Shown: positions 1 to 12,735, counted from the stretch's first letter. The stretch is 64,000 nt of DNA from Epiperipatus broadwayi (GCA_028023455.1 JAQFVV010000001.1:992001-1056000); one strand, 5' to 3'. Notes: generated by a model not told the origin, from the letters alone. Program-made: numbers and translations.

Positions 1-294
1 AATAAAACCCTAATTTTTGCCTGAAAAATACTCAATGCCATCATAATACTAAATCATTTCCCATTACATTTAAATAATTCAACAAGGAATTGTCATGATC
101 AATATTTTTGCTGATCTATCTATAATGGATATTTAATGGAAGGCAAAGATAAGGTCCATATGGGCAAAGTGTGATTCTTTTTGAAGTCTGATTAATCTCT
201 CTCTTATGTTCAGTACTAGATAAATTCTTTAAGTATTTATTGGTACTTTATAATTAAACATAATTCAGTTCTGACCATTAAGTTTGATTATTAC

Positions 295-886
295 TGTTGT
301 GTTTGGTTAGGCTTGCAGGTTTGTTTCCAAACCAACAGATGCAAAAAGAACAACTATTCAGCAATTAATATGTACAATTTATTAGTACAAAATATATACA
401 CACGTTAGTTAAACAAATGAACAAATACAGTTGATATGCTTCAGTGCTGAGATAGTCGTGCGGAGTAAGGAACTCGCTTCCAGCTAATGATTAGCCTGTG
501 TCATGAGTTCTGGTAAGACTCTTCCAGCTATGTAGTTAGCTTGCCTCGAGTCGGCTCTAGTTCAGACATAGTAGTTTCCAGTCCATAGGTAGACTTGCCT
601 CACTGCGTGGACGTCTCAGTAATGACTAGATAAATACCTTTGCTGATGGCAAAAGGTTTAATGGAGAGCATGTTTTGTCGTCCAGGTTAACAGAAGTAAT
701 TGCTTTCTGCTTTGCCTCCAAAAGGCTGATTATTTAAAGGTAGATCCCCTACCTTACTGGAAACCCGCGGATTCAGTGTGTGAACCCCAGTGAAGGTTTT
801 AATCCTGCTGGAAAGCGACTGGGTGCTAGCCTATCAGGCAAGGAGTCTGGAATAGTCCACTTCTGAAGGCAGGGTCAGATATGACA
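295..886 (-). repeat. 3' LTR of element 1
   Basis: TGTTGT...ATGACA; direct repeat of 3024-3574 with substitutions and indels; abuts the PPT. Confidence 0.92.
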
Positions 887-895
887 TCCCTCCCC

Positions 896-2467
896 TTAGC
901 TGAAATTAGCCCTGGAGGACATAGTCAATGAAATGCACTGGACGACGTTTTGTCCACTTGGTTGGTTTCTCCAGTTGATTGCTGTTCCTGTCTTCATTCT
1001 CTTCTCTTGATGAGCTTGTTTCTGATTGTCTGCTGCTGTCTTGATAGCTTCTGATGTGTAGCTAAGTCTTATCTGGTTGTAATGGTGATGATGATGACCA
1101 TCTTCTGTTTGCACAACAACAGTATAAAGACCCTTTATTTGTGTCACCACTGCTGGTCTCCATCTTGTGGACCTATAGTACATATGGCATAGTACTTGAG
1201 TCCCTATTTGGAATTTTATTTTGTTTTTATCTTCTAGTTGAAGTTTGGCATCAGGTTTCATCTTTTTGTTAAAGACTTCTGATTCATTAGTCTTCAACTT
1301 TGATAATGTTGTGAGCTGGTTCACTTTGGTAACTTTGAACCCTGAGTGGTTGAACCAGTCACGACCTATTAAATCATTATGGTTACCTAATACCACTACC
1401 AGTTGTAGGTATATAGTTTTGTGAGGCATAGTAATTTTTCCTGTTGTTTGACCCAACAATTTGATTTTACTCCCTTGGTAGTCTGATATTTAATTACTGC
1501 AAGGGTGCAGCTTGTATATATTCTTTTTATTAATGATTGTCCAAGTCTTTTTTGAAACTAGACACTGCTGACCCTGTATCAAGTTCCATATTAACTGGTG
1601 TATCATTTATTATGACAGTGTGTATAAACCCAGACTTGTTATCTCTGATATGGTTTATACATGAAACTTGCTTATGTTTCTTATAAGTGCCTTTACTGTC
1701 TTTAGGAATAGACTTAGCTGTTTGTTTTTTTAATTTCAGACATGCTGCCTTTATAGGTCCTATATGCTTGCAAAACGTGCATGTTGCTTTGCGGTATGGA
1801 CATTCTGTATGCTTGTGCTAGTGCTCATTGCATCTATAACAAAGCCTTGAGCTATTAGATGCTGAATTATTTGAGCTGACTGAGTGCTTGGGTGACCCAG
1901 TGTTATGCTCAATTTTACGCACTTCATACTTTATAAGTCTTTTTAATGGGTTGGCTTGACTAGCTATAGTCTCTGCTAGTCTTGCTTGAGCTACCGCTGT
2001 TCAAAATCTAGGTCTGGAATCATTAACATTTTCAGCCTCAAATTGTGATCGTTTATGCCACAAATAAAACGATCACGAAGTGCTTCATTCATGAAATCTT
2101 TGAAATTGCACTTCTAGGCTAATATACGGATTCGTGTTGCAAATTCCCGAGCTGTTTCACCCTGTTCTTGTATGCTGAGATTAAAATGATATCTCTGCAT
2201 TATGGTCAAGGTTTTAGGAGAAAAATACTCTGAGAATTGTCAACACTCTATCAAAATCCAGCTCAGCTGGGGTTACAGCCATAGATTGAGATTTGAGTAT
2301 TTCGTATATTTGTGGACCTATTATGGTCATTAATGTAGCTAACTTTAACTCAGGCTTTTTTATATTGTTAGCCTGTAGATAAAAAATCAAAACGCTCTTT
2401 ATAAATTTGGTCAGCTCTCAGGTTGAGCCGGCTCAAAAGATTCCATAGAGCCGATTGCTTTAGCCAT
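896..2467 (-). pseudogene. gag-protease-(integrase C-terminal tail) pseudogene of element 1
   Basis: ATG at 2467 (MAKAIGSMESFEP, then stops and frameshifts); CYRCNEH*HKHTEC-CTFCKHIGPIKAAC; MELDTGSAVS (1572-1589); ORF 896-1459 joins LIGRDWF directly to an integrase-tail-like KFQIGTQVLC...WRPAVV...HYNQIR. Confidence 0.85.
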
Positions 2468-2763
2468 CTTTTTATTTATGCTGAGTAACCACTCGTACTT
2501 GTTTTTATAGTTACGTTATTGTAACTAACTGAACGAAGCTTTTAAACCAATAGAGCGAGCTTTTACGCTGTCTTGTGAATAAAGCTCTCATGATTGGTTG
2601 ACGCTTCAAATTGACACGCCTTTATGTCTGCGGTCAATTTTATTCAACAGTTTTACATTATTTTTCTAAACGAAAAATACCACCGTAATGAAATTACAGT
2701 ATATGTAAATTTTTTCCAAAACGAAAAATAAAACAAATACATTCGCATATTTATTTCATGTTT

Positions 2764-3023
2764 AGATCTGTTGAAACTGGTGTATTTTATAATACAATTT
2801 TTCCAGCTGTGACGGAAAATTTTTTCTTTGTTACTGCGCCAGATTTGTTTAAACTGACGTAATTTATTCTAATTTTTCCAGCCGCGAGGGAAAAATTTCT
2901 GTTACTGCGCCAAATCTGTTATAACTGGCGCAGTTTATTTTATAATTTTTCCAGACGTGAGGGAAACATTTCTTAGCGGCTGCGCCAAATCTGTTATAAC
3001 TGGCGTGTCGACTGCATCAAATC
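2764..3023 (-). repeat. ~71-77 bp tandem repeat (about 3.5 units) in the leader of element 1, each unit carrying a PBS-like motif
   Basis: units 2764-2840, 2841-2911, 2912-2986 and partial 2987-3018; CTGCGCCA at 2834, 2905 and 2980, CTGCATCA at 3012. Confidence 0.85.
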
Positions 3024-3574
3024 TGTTGTGTTTGGTTAGGTTTGCAGGTTCATTTCCAAACCAACAGATACAAAATTCTTCAATTAATATGTACAATTTA
3101 TTAGTACAAAATATATACACACGTTAGTTAAATAAATGAACAAATACAGTTGATATGCTTCAGTGCTGAGATAGTTGTGCGGAGTAAGGAACTCACGTCC
3201 AGCTAATGATTAGTCTGTGTTGTGAGTTCTGGTAAGACTTCCAGCTATGTAGTTAGCTTGTCTTGAGTCGGCTCTAGTTCGGACTTGCCTCACTGCATGG
3301 ACGTCGCAATAATCTAGATAAGTACCTTTGCTGATGGCAAAAGGTTTAATGGAGAGCACTTTCTGTCGTTCAGGTTAACAGAAGTAATTGCTCTCTGCCT
3401 TGCCTCCAAAAGGCTGACTATTTAAAGGTAGATCCCTTACCTTACTGGAAACACGCGGATTCGATGCCTGAACCCCAGTGAAGGTTTTAATCCTGTTGGA
3501 AAGCGACTGGGTGCTAGCCAATCAGGCAAAGAATCTGGAATAGTCCACTTCTGAAGGCAGAGTCAGATATGACA
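3024..3574 (-). repeat. 5' LTR of element 1
   Basis: direct repeat of 295-886; followed on - strand by degenerate PBS TGATGCAGTCGAC. Confidence 0.92.
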
Positions 3575-3949
3575 ATTACTCTATAGGCATGGCTTACTGA
3601 TATTTTGTCTGTCATAAGTATATTCTTACTATTCAATCCCTAAATTTTCAACTTTAACTTTCTGCATGAATGAAATTTTATGCAGTTTGTAAATTATTAA
3701 ATACGCATTTTCAAAGCAGTGCATTCTCTATAGTGCTTGTTAAAATTATATCTTATTTTTCATTAAATAAATCCATATATTCTATTTGGATTTTCTATTC
3801 TAATGAAATCTTTTTCACAATATTAATTCCTATCACTTTGAACCATTATCTACCAACTGTTGACTAGTTTTTTTTATTATATATAATGCTAAGCAAATTA
3901 TTTTCCCACACTTTTAGCAATGTTGTTACTTTTTCGACTAATTTCAGCA

Positions 3950-5032
3950 TGCATTCACTTACAGTATGAGCATTAATGTTTGTTTTCTCTAATAGAATCC
4001 TAATATAGTTAGATGACTGTTCATTCTGATCTTTGTTTGTCAATACAGAAATCTCTGAGCCACTGTCTATTTACAAGTTTAAGGAGAAGCCAAAATACAT
4101 CACATCACCTAATGTTTTTCTACTGGAGTTGTAATTCCATTATAAATTGCTTCGCTTCAGATAATATTCATGTTTTATTTTTATTTTTTTTATGAATTGT
4201 CTTTTCTATTTCCCTATGAGTGAGTTTTTTTCTTATCCATTATCAGTTTTCTGACATACACAGATCAAATGTTCTTTAAATCCACATTTGATTTTTTTTT
4301 TCCATCTGTAATTACCACAACAAAAGCATGTGAATTTTCCTTATTTATGTGTATGGATTTTTTCGCTAGTTATTCAACATATTTATGAATTTCCATTTTC
4401 TGGCTATCTATGTAGACCATTTTTTAAATTAATAGCTGTGTCATAGGTAAGCTCTAACTCAGTTGAGAATTGTTGTCTTGTCTGAGTCTTTCATTAGTTA
4501 TATCTCACACAACAGATCGATGAGAATTTCTCTGTAAAACCCCCATATCCACAACCTTTAGCCAGCTCTCTAAAAGTTGTATTATATTCTTTAATTTTCT
4601 ACTTATATAGCTTCTATTCCTAGATTTAGATGAGTTATATGGCAAGACAGGTAAGAGCTAAAATATTCATTCAACTTCCTTATTATTTTCTTATAATATA
4701 ATTCATCCAGTAGAATACATTCACACTTTTTGCTTACTATTTTAATAACTCTTCTATCTGAAAAACATAAAGAGTCATGTTTCTTTATGTTTATTATTAA
4801 TTGCATTTAGTTTCAAAGAATTCTTGACTTCCTTTATATGTTCTGGTCACTTGGCAGCATTGCTTGCATCAAATTTAGCAATACTAGTTTGCCCAAATGT
4901 TGCCGTTTTTCTGCTTCTGTTTACCTATGCCAATTTCCACATAGTTTGATTGCAACTGCTAAGTTTATTATAGGCAAACTTTATTTCCACACAATTCAAA
5001 ATTTAACTGCATCAATTTTGTTATGTCTGATC
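3950..5032 (-). mobile_element. Degraded Gypsy gag-protease remnant related to element 3
   Basis: - strand LTR end GATCAGACATAACA (5019-5032) plus PBS-like TGATGCAGT (5006-5014); ORF 4603-4806 resembles gag; FTCFCCG knuckle near 4320; IDSGSEISVL protease at 4041-4070. Confidence 0.65.
4077..4108 (+). mobile_element. 32-bp extreme 5'-truncated LINE 3' end
   Basis: 30/32 identical to the reverse complement of 39081-39112 (3' end and ACATC tail of the LINE inside the hAT). Confidence 0.7.
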
Positions 5033-6522
5033 TTCCAATTCCTTATTAAGAAAGTAAGTATTCTAGAAGTCAGACTAACAAATAAATAATTCAGTAGTAA
5101 GTAATTTAAAGTAGGACACAGTAGTATATGGACTCAGTATACTATACAAATAATCATTTAATATGTGCAATATATACAACACTTTACATCTCATTATCAT
5201 TAGAGAATTTATATAATTCTATTATCTGCATCTAGCTAGTATTATTTTCATACAAATTGTTTTAATCTCTAACCTCAACTACATGTAGGCTGGTATTGTA
5301 ATTCCATACTGTTTTTGCCATCTGTTCACCTAAATTTATTGGCTTTTGAAGCTTAGAAAAATAATAATAAAGATTAAGGTAACCTATTCAGTTGCCTAAT
5401 GGATTTGTGATCTATAGGGAGTTAGGGAAAAGATGTCTTTGGTTGAATTTTTTCACTGCTTAAAACTATAATTCTCAGAGGATCATGAAAATGCAGGAAA
5501 AAAAGAAAGGTTTTTCTCTGTGCTGGTTTATATATAAATTTGTTCTTTTGTTTTTTTCTAGAGTAGTCTATCAAATGGGGTAAATGTAAGTATTTTAAGC
5601 TGATTAATTAGATTTAATCAGCTTAATCTAAGATCTGTAAATATAAAATCCACATTTTTTTTTTATTATCTGAAATATTTCCTCTGGATAACAGTTGATT
5701 TTTTTTTGTTGTATAACATATTTTTTCATTTTTTTTAACAATAGATAATTCTTAAAATTATTTAACGTTGCTTTTGAATTATGTCTAATTAATTCTGGTC
5801 TATTCTTATTTAGACAAATGTTATTTTATTTATAAATCTCTGTAAAGTTTAGTCTTTCTTTGCTTTTAATTTTGTTTGCTGTAATAATCAATATTTCAAA
5901 TACGGTCATCTTTCTTTGCTTATAATTTTGTTTGCTGCAATAACCAATATTTCAAATATAGTCATCAACATGCAAACATATTTTACATGCTTATATATAT
6001 GTATAAATGGAAATAATGCATAATGTTAGCTGCAATCTGTATAAAAAATTCTTTTAGCCATCCTTTAAATAAAGAAAAGTCTGAATTTGCAGCTCATACA
6101 AAAGGAATCATTTTGAATGGGCTTTAAAATTCAGGCTTTTTTTTTTTTTTTAATCTAAAGAGGAAGTGTGGCTGAAAGAATTTTGCTATGGGTTATTTAA
6201 AAAATATATAACATCTTTATGGAGGTTACTGTGTTAATATTAGTTATACATTATTACTTAAAGCTCAAATAGAAAAATGGAGACAACTGTCTATAGATTG
6301 TGGACTCTCCCCCCACTATGAAAGCCTTGTTTTATATCTACTTGCTTTGCATTAGAGAGAAAGAAAGAATACCTAATAAGTAGATTATGAATGTATTTAT
6401 AGTCAAGTACATGAACTGGACAGTAACTTATCTCCTACTAGTCAATTATGTAGAAAATCAGAGAAGGGAAACTTTTGCTATTGTTTTTTGAATTCCACAC
6501 AGATTTTTATGCAGCAACTTAC

Positions 6523-6728
6523 ATGTTTGTAGTAGTACACTGCTTTCAATAATGAAAGAAAAGTCTCCAGCAATTTATTATAATATGGTTAATATAATTT
6601 TATTATAACTACATTTAACAAGTTATATGTTTGCAGTAGTACACTACTTCCAGTAATAAAAGAAAAGTCTCTAGCAATTTATTATAATATAGTTAATATA
6701 ATTTTATTATAACTACCTTTAACAAATT
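6523..6728. repeat. Tandem duplication, period ~104 bp
   Basis: ATGTTTG(T/C)AGTAGTACACT...ATTATAACTAC occurs twice, at 6523 and 6627. Confidence 0.85.
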
Positions 6729-7571
6729 AAAAAATAATATATTTCATCATAAAGATATAACTACTTCTATTAAATTAATTAGTTGAAGGTAAGGTTGTTA
6801 TTTTGTAAAATTTATTGTGTAGAAGTGAAGCTTGAATTGCTGGGAGATATAGGAACTGGAAAATATTAAAAGATCAGTCAGTATGTTTTTCAGCTTAATA
6901 ATATTGAATCTAATGATATAAGGGCACATCTTTATTAGATTGTGTGTGTGATTCAAATGAATAGTAATAATTTACTAAAAAATATTTTGTAGTGAATCGA
7001 GTATGGTTTTCATGAAAAAGCAGAGTTCATTTGTATTATAGGCATTATCTCCAAGCCATTCTAAAGAGCCGCAATATTAATTATTTTCATCTGGAGAATA
7101 TGATTGGGAATACAATTCAATGGAGGGCTACAAAAGCAAAATGTTGAAGTCTTTCAGAGGGAAAAGTTTTCTGCAAAAATTAAGTCAGTGTTGCAAGATG
7201 TCAAAAAAAAAGAAAACAAACTTTGGAGTCAATATATACATGAATATATTTATGCTTCGTAAATTGGTTTGTATTAACATCAAAAAATTTACCATTAGTA
7301 TTTTTTTTATCTGGGGGGGGGGGGGTTGAGTGGTTCACTGTTAATGAGGAAAATGATACAAATAAATATTTCTCTGAAATTTTCCATATTAACTTCTTAT
7401 AAGCTTTTTATTTTGTTTTAATAACAATATAGTTAATGGTTAAAAAATAAAGAATATTTAAATGCTTCCTTCTAAAGTTAGTGAGTGAAGATCAATTCGC
7501 TATTGCATTAATTTGATAATTATTATATCATTTCATTTTGAACTTCATTTAATAATATAAATATTTGACAG

Positions 7572-7662
7572 GGAGTTCCAGAAACTATTGCTGCTTTAGG
7601 TAAAGCTGACATTAAAATTTGGGTGTTAACTGGAGATAAACAAGAGACAGCTATTAATATAG
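7572..7662 (+). CDS. ATP8A: P4-ATPase flippase (ATP8A1/2-like) internal exon 1 of this window
   Basis: AG at 7570-71, GT at 7663-64; translates [30 protein letters not shown](G), containing the P-type ATPase TGDK motif in P4 context; ends phase 1. Confidence 0.96.
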
Positions 7663-8447
7663 GTAAATCATACATGTACATGTTTTAAAACTAATAATTA
7701 TAATTTAAAAATTAAGGTGCATTATTCTCTATTCATTTTTTGTTTTGTTTTAATGTTATTGATAGTATTATATAAATATCTGTTGTTTAGTAATATTATC
7801 TAGTACATTTATGGGATAGTATTTTCAAAAAATACAGATCATTTCCAAATAGTATGAAAAGGAGGCAATATGGTGTAATGGATACAAAGGTAATCTAAAT
7901 TCTTATCCTCCAAAAATGAGTAAGCATTATTGACAATAAACATGAGCAAGAATCACATTGGTAGTAAATAATAAAGAATATATAAATTATAAATATAATA
8001 CCACCAGCATTAATCATTAAGAGTCAACAATCATTCTTAGTGACTGGATTTAAGAGAGATACATTTTAAATCTTAGGCTAACCATTATTTAACCAATGCC
8101 ATACTTAAGGCATATTATGAAAGCAATGAATATTTAATCTGTACGTATATACATAAGTGCTAAAATATTTGCAATAATAAACAAAAAATTGCTGGAATTT
8201 TGATATCAATGCTGATTTTCATCAATGCTCTGGACCATCTGATACTTTGAGTGTACTGGCCATCTAGACTTTAAAAATGTTATTTACTTTTGTACCATTT
8301 AAATAATTCTATAGAGAACATCTGGAGGTTCACATAGAAACACACCAGGGACTAAGCATCCATGTATTGAATGGAATGAGTGCTTCCATAGAAAAATTCA
8401 CTAAAACTTTCAAAAGCTTTAATTAAAATTTAATTTAAAAAATTCAC

Positions 8448-8780
8448 TTTCAAATTTTTTTACCAACAGTTGAATTGTTTTTATATACACAAAGAATGAA
8501 CTTGACTAACGCATTCTCGTTGATTATAAGAAGTTGACGAACAATGATGCTCAGATCTAATTTACAGTTAAAACTTTTAAGAATGTTAAAAGGATTTGGA
8601 AGATAAAAATAAATTGATAATGTATTATCTATATTTAAACTAGTCACAGTTTGATTAGAATGAGCAATTCAAATTCATTATTTTTTTGTATGGAATTACT
8701 GTTGATTTTCAATTTTTTTTTACCAACAGTTGAATTGTTTTTATGTACACAAAGAATGAACTTGACTAACGCATTCTCAT
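8448..8780. repeat. ~73-bp direct repeat pair 260 bp apart
   Basis: 8461-8518 vs 8721-8778 differ at one base. Confidence 0.85.
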
Positions 8781-9479
8781 TTATTATATAGAGCATTAAG
8801 TCAATATAAATATCAAGGCTTTCTAGTAAGATTTGTTATTCTTCTTTATGAAGTATTGTATTTTTCTTTTCACCTTATATTCTGATTGCATTGATAAAAT
8901 TATATATCAGATTGATGAAATTTAATAAAATAAGCATTATAAAAATAATAATAATAATAAAAAAGGATTTATTTAAAGATTTGTTATTATGGAATTAAAT
9001 AATAAATTTAACTCTCAAATTTTGCACATACAACTATAGTTTAAATGAATGTAATACAATTTAGGATGAAAGCATACCTGCTGCTTAATTTAGTTAAAAT
9101 GCTAGTAATAATTATTAAGAGTTAAATAACTAAAAAGAATGATGATAACAATATGTAATCAGTGGCACATAAAGAGGCGCACATGTTGTCTGTAATAAAA
9201 GCTAATGACAAAATCTAATAATTTTTTTTAATATTTAATTTATTAAAGACATTTAAACTACACTCTTTATAAAACTTTATTTATCCACTTTATTTTATAT
9301 TTCTTACTTTATTTCACATTTAGATTCTGTATATGTTATCTGTCTTGTGGAACATTTTTAAAAATGTGTAATGCTATCCCTTTAAGACTGATATTATTTA
9401 TTTTTTAAGAAAAAGAAAATAATAATTTATAACTTAATAATAAATCATTATCACTACTTTTTGATTATTATCAATTTAT

Positions 9480-9900
9480 CGCAGGATGAAGATCTCCTAT
9501 TATAATAAAGTTTCTCCATGTATAGCTTCTCTTTTCATTATTAATCTGATAAACATTGTGATCTTATCCATCCACTTTATATGTAGTTTCTTTCTAGATC
9601 TTTTACAATCTCTTTCGATCAAGTTTATGACTTCAATTAATCCATATATTATCTCTTCTGCAATTTGTTCAGGCCAACTACACTTCAGCTTCTTAATTTT
9701 CAAATGAATTTAAATTGGTGAAACGGTTACACCTGTTTCACCTATTATCTTTGATAATAGTATATATTTGTTGTACTTAGATGGCGTGTATTTCTTAAAT
9801 TTTAAAAACTTTGTCCTTATAATATTGCGAGTATGTGCGTATATAAACGTCCTTAAAAATTATAAATATAAAATTATAGTCTCAAATATTTATATACGAG
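9480..9900 (-). mobile_element. Possible old RTE-like LINE fragment (EN-RT linker)
   Basis: ORF 9500-9703 (RDCKRSRKKLHIKWMDK...REA) loosely resembles the RTE linker region; otherwise riddled with stops. Confidence 0.3.
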
Positions 9901-10363
9901 CATAGTCTGTTAGATTTGTTAAAACTGAAATAAACATAACTGTATAATTAATTTATCTATATAGCAGCATAATAAGTTAAATTTATAATATTATTTATTT
10001 TTCAATATTCTTTCTCAATAATTATTTAAGTCAGTATTTATTTTAAATAACTTCCAAGTTTCAATTCTTTTGTTTGCTTAAAATTACAAGCAGAAAGTTT
10101 TATCAGTTTTAACACTTCGTTCTAAAAATAAATCTTTGGCCAAAATTTGACCTATTTAAAAATTATAACCAAGACCAATTATAATATTCAGTCAGGCATA
10201 AATCTATACAAAAATCTTTACAAATTGCTTGTGACCATTCTCTTGAAAATATATCTTTTAACCATGACGTCAATTAAAACAATAGAGTCTTACCAAGTCC
10301 AGATTTAGATATACTTATTACTAACTGGATATTTGGTTAAAGGCTAGTTTGAACTAGTCATCT

Positions 10364-12080
10364 TGTGATGTGGCATGACTCAAAGTAGGAGGTTACTACT
10401 GTCAAAAATATAGCATAAAAAGGGGCCCAAATAGCCACCAAATCCTCTAACCTAACCTCTTCCATCATCTATCATCATCCGTGTTAAATTTTTGCTGTTG
10501 CTGTGAAAATTATATTTGCTACCGAAATTATTTCCGAAGACCACAGAGCTGAAGTTCAGTAAGAAAGCTATTTCTGCCGCTTCAAAAAGCTAAACCTTAG
10601 AAAACTACCATCCAAGCTGCTACCAAGATGACCGTTGGCTAGAAGACAAAGAGACAGCCGTTTGCTCTTCCACGAGCGGCTGTGAGAAAACCTCCACCAT
10701 GACCATCACAGTAAGAAAGAAGCTGTACCCGAGAGACCAGAGAGTTCCTGACCAGAGAAATGGGGAAAGCTGCCACAGAGATAAATTTACAAAGCTACAT
10801 CCAGACTAAAACTTAAGAGAAGTCCAGCCTGACTGAATATAGTGAGAAGCACATGAAAACAATGCCTTAAAAGAGACTTTCCGGTAAATCCTTTCTGACA
10901 TATTAAATCTCATAACTAAAACGTACCCTAAATGAAAGCTAGCTAACTAAATCCCATAATCAAATTATATTTTCTAAATGTTCAATTAAAATGTTTATCT
11001 TAAATCTGTTTAAATCTTAGAACACTCTTCAACTTCTTGCTTGATCATTAATAATTTTAAGTAGTCGTTGATCATTAATAATTTTAAGTAGTCGTTGATC
11101 ATTAATAATTTTAAATAATCCTAAACATCTAGTTTCTATAAAACCATACAAGAAATTCATTTCTAAATTATAAATCTTATTGATTGTTTATGCAATTTAT
11201 TCTTATGTCATCTATCTATAGTTTTAAGTTCATGTTTATTGATTTATGCTGTGTTTTTATCAGAACGGAGTCTGGTGTGTTAATAAATTTATCGGGGGGG
11301 GAGGAGAGTGAGTAATCACTTTTAGTATACCAGAGTACTGCTATATAAAGAATATAGTCAAGACTCCTTTCTGAAATAAAACTAATATTTTGTGCTAGAG
11401 TGAATCGGTATTTATAATGCCAGAACCAGTTATTTAAAATCTTTTGCTAAAGTTATTTAAATGTATATTTTGCGTATATTATTTAAGACGCATCTTTTCT
11501 CAAGTTAGCTAAAATGAAAATGCTTACTAAAGTTAGTTAAAACGTATATATTATGTATATTATTTAAAACTCAGATTGTGCCCAGATTAATTAAGAATTA
11601 TATTTGTGTAAATGATTTAAAATATGTATTTTGCCAGTTATCTGAAAAAGTATATTTTACGCAAGCTATTTAAAATGTAGGTTTGCATTCACTATTCAAA
11701 ATATTTTGCATTATTAGTAAGGTCTATTTTGTCGAATTATTTAAGATGAGCAATTTATTTAAAAATCAATAATTTGTGTGAGCTAGTTTAGAACTCATAT
11801 TTTATTATTTAAAAATCAGTGATATTAGATGCAGTTATACTACAGATAACTAATGTTCTCAGTTCTAGAAAATCTTAAGTTCATTTAATTAGGGAATAAA
11901 TAGCTATGCAGAGAAACCTTAAATCAGATTCTCATTATCTCCTTTATCATATAATTTAATAAGCTCATTTATGAACTGACCAGTGGTAGTAGCACTGAAG
12001 AAGCTAAGATTTTGGCGTAATTAATTTATAAAATATTAATTTAGCGTTGCGAATGTATTGCTAATTTGCATAAATATGCA
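10364..12080. mobile_element. Candidate solo LTR
   Basis: starts TGTGATGT, ends CA; CATCT on both sides (10359-63, 12081-85); GC-richer non-coding first third, poly-G and TATA-like TATATAAAG near 11295-11350; no partner LTR in the window. Confidence 0.35.
11041..11114. repeat. 27-bp tandem repeat, about 2.7 copies
   Basis: TTGATCATTAATAATTTTAAGTAGTCG at 11041 and 11068, partial at 11095. Confidence 0.9.
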
Positions 12081-12735
12081 CATCTACTTGCTATGTATAT
12101 AATGGCCCATCTCAAAATTGTTCAACGTCCAGTCACGCCTCGAAAGTTTAGGCCACTGCGATATTTCTTCGTATTTCATCAAGTCACGCCTCGAAAGTTT
12201 AGGAAAATGTGACAGTTACTCGTACTTAACGGAACCAAAGCGTTTCCAAAAGGCTCATAAGCCATTTTTCTGTTCACTTAATTAAAAGGCCTCTTCCATT
12301 ATAGCAAGCAGATCGGTTAGGGAACCGTTTACTAGGTAATAAACCCCATTAAGAATGCATTCGAATCGCACTTATCTGATACTCTAGTTTCTAACGCACT
12401 AGGATCTAACGTTCCACTGCCATCACGTCTCAGTTCAACTTTCCTAGAAAGTAATTTCGGCTTTGATCCGAACTAGAATATGATTTAATGTGTTTATCCG
12501 TATAACAATTATATATCACGCAGATGTCTCTATAATATGATTTTGAATATATTTATAATATAATCTTAAACTTAGTAATTATAATATAAACTCAAACTTA
12601 GTAACAATGATATAAACTTAATATAAACTCTATCATTCATCAATAAATCTATCACTCTAGCTAACTATAACCGATTTCAAATATAAAACATAGCATGAAT
12701 TAGAACATGAAAGATGACATAAGCTTATTAAAAGT

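Larger units (their letters stand above)
295..3574 (-). mobile_element. Non-autonomous Ty3/Gypsy (Mag-like) LTR retroelement, 3280 bp (element 1)
   Basis: Two TG...CA LTRs (295-886, 3024-3574); 5-bp TSD ATTAC (290-294, 3575-3579); PPT AAGGGGAGGGA on - strand (887-897); decayed gag, two CCHC knuckles and LDTG protease. Confidence 0.93.

Noticed and set aside
1075-1105. HHHHH run in ORF 896-1459 (His-tag or metal-binding motif)
   Set aside because: It aligns with the integrase-tail R-R-H-x-x-Q motif (SRHLNQLR in element 2). CGT>CAT decay and a CAT microsatellite explain it.
7314-7325. Poly-G runs here and near 40625 as G-quadruplex regulators
   Set aside because: Single homopolymer tracts without four separate G-runs or other support.
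7861-7910. tRNA-like A-box GGCAATATGGTGTAATGGA
   Set aside because: No B-box or cloverleaf; at most a SINE head fragment.
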